Source: Dictyostelium discoideum
Lineage: Eukaryota
Reading direction: 5' to 3'
Length of the DNA: 64,000 nucleotides
Assembly: GCA_000004695.1 (NCBI GenBank)
Contig: CM000151.3
Span: 2,336,001 to 2,400,000 of the forward strand
The notes beneath the pieces were generated by a model. The model saw only the letters and a list, made by a program, of their open reading frames with translations. It did not search any database and was not told the DNA's origin. Each line of letters opens with the position of its first letter. The first letter of the stretch is position 1. The position numbers were made by a program, and so were the translations under genes. Below are positions 59,262 through 64,000 of this stretch, piece by piece.

Positions 59262-60133
59262 TTATCTGTATCTGTGGAAAACGACGGTGTTTCTACGTTT
59301 GTAGTTGGCTTGTCTTGATGGTCTAGTTTTGCTGGCTCTGTGGGTACCTTTTCTACGGAGACCACGGGCTTTGATACCAGCGGAGGTTAAACCTCTTAAT
59401 TCTCTATGTTTGTGGACTGGTTTACAGATCCAGTTGTAACGTGGGTCGTTACGGATGGCATTGTGAGAGTTATCAACTAAGATGACTTCATAATATTTGT
59501 AGGTTGAATCTTGGTTAACCCAGTATGAGTTGAGAACACGGAGATTTGGACAACGACGACCAACACGTTCTTCAGCAACGGATCTTAAGTTTCTGCTTGG
59601 TTTTAATTCGTTAACACCATGAGTCTTTGGTTTACCACCAGTACGACCACCTGGAACTTGTCTCTTACGACCACCACGTCTGACACGGATTCTGTATACA
59701 ACAAAACCTTGAGTAGCTTTGTAACCTAAACGTCTGGCTTTGTCAACACGAGTTGGGTGTGAAGCACGATGACAGACTGGGAGATTTCTAATATTTTAAA
59801 AATAATTAAATCCAATTAATATCATTATTATTATTTATTCTTTTGCTACTTTATCATTAAATAACCTACCTGTATTCCCAACATCTGACTCTGAGGAGGA
59901 AACGGACAGCATCAGATTGCTTCTTTTTGTAGAGTTCTTGTAAGTATTTGTAGGCACCTATTCATTATTGATTGTGATTATTTTAAAAATAATGATTTAT
60001 TATATTAGTTTCATGAAGATTATAACTAATTATTGATGATTATTGAAAGATTGATAAAGATCATTGAAAAAGTGACATAGTGGTGATATCCACTATCATT
60101 ATCTCTATCTTTATATAAAGGGAACATACCCAT
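59262..60133 (-). CDS. rpl15: 60S ribosomal protein L15 (eL15). Three exons: 60133-60130 (ATGG only), 59957-59870, 59787-59262.
   Basis: ATGG|GTATGT at 60133-60124. Acceptor aatag then [30 protein letters not shown]. Donor GTAGGT. Acceptor tattag then [48 protein letters not shown]...[24 protein letters not shown]...[16 protein letters not shown]...[11 protein letters not shown]. Near-identical to eukaryotic RPL15. The coding region is GC-richer, typical of highly expressed genes. Confidence 0.9.
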
Positions 60134-60605
60134 TTTGTAATACGAAAATTTCAACTGAAAAAAAAAAAAAAAATTAAAAATCTTTTTAAAAAAAATTTTT
60201 ATGATAAAAAACGAAAAAATATGCGTTTTTTCATGATTTTTTTTTTTTATGCCTATAACGTTTAGTTTTTTTTTTTTTTTTTTCCCCGCCATAATTTTTA
60301 ATTTATTTTTAGAATTAAAGATATATTTTATTAAAAAAATGTTAAAAAAAATTTTATATTTATTATTATTAATTAATTTTATCACTTTTAGTAAAAAAAG
60401 AATAATAAACTTTAATTTTATCCCCCAAATTTCCCTCAATATCCCATTTCAAAAAAAAAAAAAAAAAAAAATTTTTTGTTTAACAAAAATAACCCACCCA
60501 ATTATTTTAATTTTTAGAAAAAATTAAACCCTTTTTTCTGTGCATCTGTAATATTTTTTTTAAATTTTTATTTTATTTTTTTTTTTTTTTTTTTTTTTTA
60601 ATTTT

Positions 60606-60638
<33 letters not shown>

Positions 60639-60787
60639 GCATTTCAAATTTTTTTAATTTTGCGAATTTGTCTTCATTCACATATACATTTTCCCTGTTG
60701 ATTTTAAGACTAAATAATCTTATTTGTACATTTAATAAAATAAAAACAAAATATAGCTTAGCACATAGAATATAAAATATAGATAAA

Positions 60788-60821
60788 ATGGTAAATTTTT
60801 TAGTTTTAGATTTTGGAAAAG

Positions 60822-60861
<40 letters not shown>

Positions 60862-61192
60862 TTAATAATAATATCAATTTTAGGGTGCTTCAGATAAATT
60901 TATAGGTTTTGTTATGGTTTTATTTAGGATTTTTGTATTTGGATATTATACAACATGGGTTATTATTACTGTAAGTTATATAAATTTAGGAAAAAAAAAA
61001 AAAAAAAAAAAAAAAGCTAATTTCCCATTATTTAATTTATAGCCATTTATTGTTTCAGATCATTGGATTCAACAATACTTTTTACCAAGAGAATATGGTA
61101 TTATTATTCCTTTAGTTTTATTAGTAGTCGGTATTACCGCAATTGGTACATTTTTGGGACTTGTAATGATTAAATCAAAAAAGAATAAATAA
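60788..61192 (+). CDS. dpm2: Dolichol-phosphate mannosyltransferase subunit 2 (DPM2). Three exons: 60788-60790 (ATG only), 60884-60970, 61043-61192.
   Basis: ATG|GTAAAT. Acceptor ttttag then GASDKFIGFVMVLFRIFVFGYYTTWVIIT. Donor GTAAGT. Acceptor tttatag then PFIVSDHWIQQYFLPREYGIIIPLVLLVVGITAIGTFLGLVMIKSKKNK. Aligns with human DPM2 ([57 protein letters not shown]). Confidence 0.8.
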
Positions 61193-61305
61193 ATTAAAAT
61201 AAAATTATAATATATATATAAAACAATAAATCTCTCTTTTTTTTTTTTAATTATTTATATTTATTTTTATTTTTTATTCAATCGCGATGTTCATTATTAT
61301 TTTCA

Positions 61306-61340
<35 letters not shown>

Positions 61341-61563
61341 AATATTATATTTTTTTATTTTTTATTTTTTTTATTTTTATTTTTTTTATTTTTTTTTTTT
61401 TTTAATTTACAAGGTGATCATCAACAATTAATTTCAATTTTTTTTTTTTTTTTAATTTTTTAATTTTTTTTTTTTTTTTTAATTTTTTTTTTTTTTTTTT
61501 ATCATCTTCACACTTTTTTTTATCTCACTCTGTTCACATATAATTTTATATATATAATTAATA

Positions 61564-62683
61564 ATGGATTTTAGTTCAATTGAACAAAATTTAAATAACT
61601 TTAAAAAGCTTGTTGCTGGTAATTCAGATAAAGCACAAATTACACCAGTTTTAGTTCAATTAAAATTAGCAGCAACAATTCATTTAGAAAAACCAACTTC
61701 TCTTTCAAATGTTTCTGATAAAGTTAAAAAAGATTTAGTTTTAGCAAGTATGTTAACAACAACACAACAACAACAACAACAACAACAACGACAAAAATAT
61801 ATAAAAAAAAAATACATTTATTAATATTTTTATCTTTTTTTTTTTTTTTTAAAAAACTATTTTAGGAGAGATTTTAGAATTAATTTCATTATATTCAATT
61901 AAAATTAAAGATATTGATTCATTTGAAAGAACATTTAATCAATTAAAGACATACTATTATGATTATAAATCAATTATTGCACCATCAACATTAGAATATC
62001 AAATTATTGGTTTGAATTTAATGAGATTATTAGCAAAACATAAAACATCAGAATTCCATAGCGAAATTGAATTAATCGAATTTAATAATTTAGATAACTC
62101 ATTCATTAAGTTTGTATTTTTTTTTTATTTTATATATATTATCAAAAAATTTTATTATTATTATTTTCATTATATTAATTTTATTTATTTATTTTCTATT
62201 TATTTATTTATTTATTTATTTCAAGATTCCCATTATTGGTTGAAAAATCAATTACAGAGGGTAGTTATAATAAAATTATTCAATCAAGATCTGGTGTACC
62301 ATCAGAATATTATCAAGTTTTCCTTGATATTTTAGCAGATTCAATAAAGTATGTTTATTTTATTTTTATTATTATTATATCCATTATTTATTTTTAATTT
62401 ATTAATATATTTTAATATTTATTATATTAAATGATATATCAGGGAGGATATTGCAAATTGTAGTGAAAAATCATTTAAAACATTATCATTAAAAGATGCA
62501 GAAAAAGTATTATTATTCAATGATAACAATCAATTCCAACAATACATTAAGGAAAGAAATTGGAAAGTTCAAGGTGATGTAATTCAATTTGGAAATAATG
62601 ATAATCAAACCGTTGAAATTCCATCTTTACAATTGATTCACCAAACTCTTCACTATGCCAAAGAACTTGAAAGAATTGTATAA
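61564..62683 (+). CDS. psmD8: 26S proteasome non-ATPase regulatory subunit 8 (RPN12/PSMD8, PCI domain). Four exons: 61564-61747, 61866-62109, 62226-62348, 62443-62683.
   Basis: ...KKDLVLA | [71 protein letters not shown]...SFIK | [41 protein letters not shown] | [11 protein letters not shown]...[13 protein letters not shown]. Collinear with human PSMD8 ([35 protein letters not shown]...[27 protein letters not shown]...[44 protein letters not shown]...QVIEYARQLEMIV). Donors GTATGT, GTTTGT, GTATGT. Confidence 0.85.
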
Positions 62684-62707
62684 ATTAAATTAAATAAAAA
62701 TAACAAT

Positions 62708-62738
<31 letters not shown>

Positions 62739-62893
62739 AATAATATTATTTTAAAAAGGTAAAAAAAAAGTTTTCCACAATCCTTTTTTTTTTTTTTTTT
62801 TTTTATTTATTTATTTTATGTGCATATATATTTTGTTTTATTATTTTCCTTTTTTTTTTTTTTGCTTTTTTTATTTTTATTTTTTTTTTTTGT

Positions 62894-63220
62894 TTAGACT
62901 TTAGTTTTCTTTGCAGCAGTTTTTGCAGTAGTTGAAGAACTAGGAGTTGTGGTGGGAGTAGGTTTCTTTTTCTCAACTTTAAGATTATCTAAATTAATAA
63001 GTAAAACATTTTTATAATTCTTTTCAAACATTGATTTATCTTTAGCGAGAACAATTGTTGATATCTTTTTTTTACCATTTGTTGCTCTAACTAAACATTT
63101 ATTTTCTTCCTCTTCTGATTCTTTAATTCTTTCTGCTTTTTTACGTGAAAAGTTTGAATCTGAATCTACATCTATAATAATGAATAATTCATATATATGT
63201 ATGTGTGTGTGTGTGTGTGT

Positions 63221-63275
<55 letters not shown>

Positions 63276-63443
63276 GTATGGTATATATTAGATTATATGT
63301 AAAGTTGATAATAAAATAAAATAAAATAAAATATAATAAAATATCTTACATTTCTTCATTGTGACCCAAACAGTTCCTTTTTTTGATGTAGTTTGATATA
63401 ATTTGTTTAATGCTGAAAGGAATGCGTCGTTATCTAATAACAT
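62894..63443 (-). CDS. srp14: Signal recognition particle 14 kDa protein (SRP14). Two exons: 63443-63350 and 63171-62894. The intron contains a long (GT)n microsatellite.
   Basis: MLLDNDAFLSALNKLYQTTSKKGTVWVTMKK(Y) with a GTAAGA donor, then VDSDSNFSRKKAERIKESEEEENKCLVRATNGKKKISTIVLAKDKSMFEKNYKNVLLINLDNLKVEKKKPTPTTTPSSSTTAKTAAKKTKV. Matches human SRP14 (MVLLESEQFLTELTRLFQKCRTSGSVYITLKKYDGRTKP...DNKCLLRATDGKKKISTVVSSKEVNKFQMAYSNLLRANMDGLKKRDKK). Confidence 0.85.
63196..63272. repeat. (GT)n dinucleotide microsatellite (about 35 units, with a few TA interruptions) inside the srp14 intron.
   Basis: gtatgtgtgtgtgtgtgtgtgtgtatgtgtgtgtgtgt... read directly. Confidence 0.9.
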
Positions 63444-63716
63444 TCTATATTGTTATATTATTAATTATGTTTATTTTTATTTTTTAATTTGAATATGTAC
63501 AGCGATTTTTTAATTTTTTAATTTTTTTTTTTTTTTTTCAAAATCACAAATTTAAAATTTTCATGAAAATTTTTATTTTTATTTTTTAATTTTTTTTTTT
63601 TTTAATTTTTTAATTTTTTTTTTTTTTTTGATGACCAAAGACACAACTCTTTTTTTAGTCACTGACTTTTTTTTTATTTATTTTTAGAAATTAATATATA
63701 TGTTTATTTATAAAAT

Positions 63717-63767
<51 letters not shown>

Positions 63768-63831
63768 TGTGATGTTCAATTCTCAAATGGGATAACAAAA
63801 ATCTAATAAAAATTCACAAATTAAAGACTCA

Positions 63832-63836
<5 letters not shown>

Positions 63837-63921
<85 letters not shown>

Positions 63922-63925
63922 CTAT
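63837..63925. repeat. (ATT)n microsatellite, intergenic.
   Basis: About 29 units read directly. Confidence 0.9.
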
Positions 63926-64000
63926 TTACCATAATTCATTTATTCTTTGTTAATATCATTTTTTGTCATTTTTTTTGATTGTAACACCAATCCAATACAA

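Overview
This window is AT-rich (about 75-80% A+T) eukaryotic nuclear DNA with the hallmarks of a Dictyostelium discoideum-type social amoeba genome. It has homopolymer A/T runs, abundant AAT/ATT and CAA microsatellites, poly-N/Q/T/SD coding tracts, and short (70-250 nt) GT-AG introns. Two gene families known from Dictyostelium are present: frizzled/smoothened-like (Fsl) receptors and a CABP1-type TerD protein. I could support about 30 protein-coding genes on both strands. A partial TFIP11 spliceosome factor homolog starts the window. Two inverted Fsl receptor paralogs sit near 3.1-5.4 kb and 28.4-30.9 kb, bracketing a block of housekeeping genes: a TerD/CABP1-like gene, the RNR small subunit, transketolase, an isopentenyltransferase, 3-ketodihydrosphingosine reductase and HSBP1. 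Downstream there is a CDK-like kinase fused or adjacent to a roughly 1.6 kb Q/N/H-rich ORF, then a gene-free 3.5 kb AT desert. After that come AP-3 beta, SURF1, RWDD1, an SH3 protein, ICMT, two tandemly duplicated monoamine-oxidase-like genes, two paralogous secreted Cys-rich proteins flanking a MITE-like element, RPL15, DPM2, proteasome RPN12 and SRP14. I found no rRNA, tRNA or CRISPR. Exon boundaries were deduced by eye from frame continuity, GT-AG rules and homology and are approximate (a few nt either way). The features most worth checking are a short TIR element, two long perfect hairpins in intergenic DNA, splice-site and exon-end duplications in one Fsl gene, a recent 3.1 kb tandem gene duplication, ATG-only first exons, and two genes (AP-3 beta, and kinase plus Q/N ORF) whose structure cannot be closed with canonical introns.
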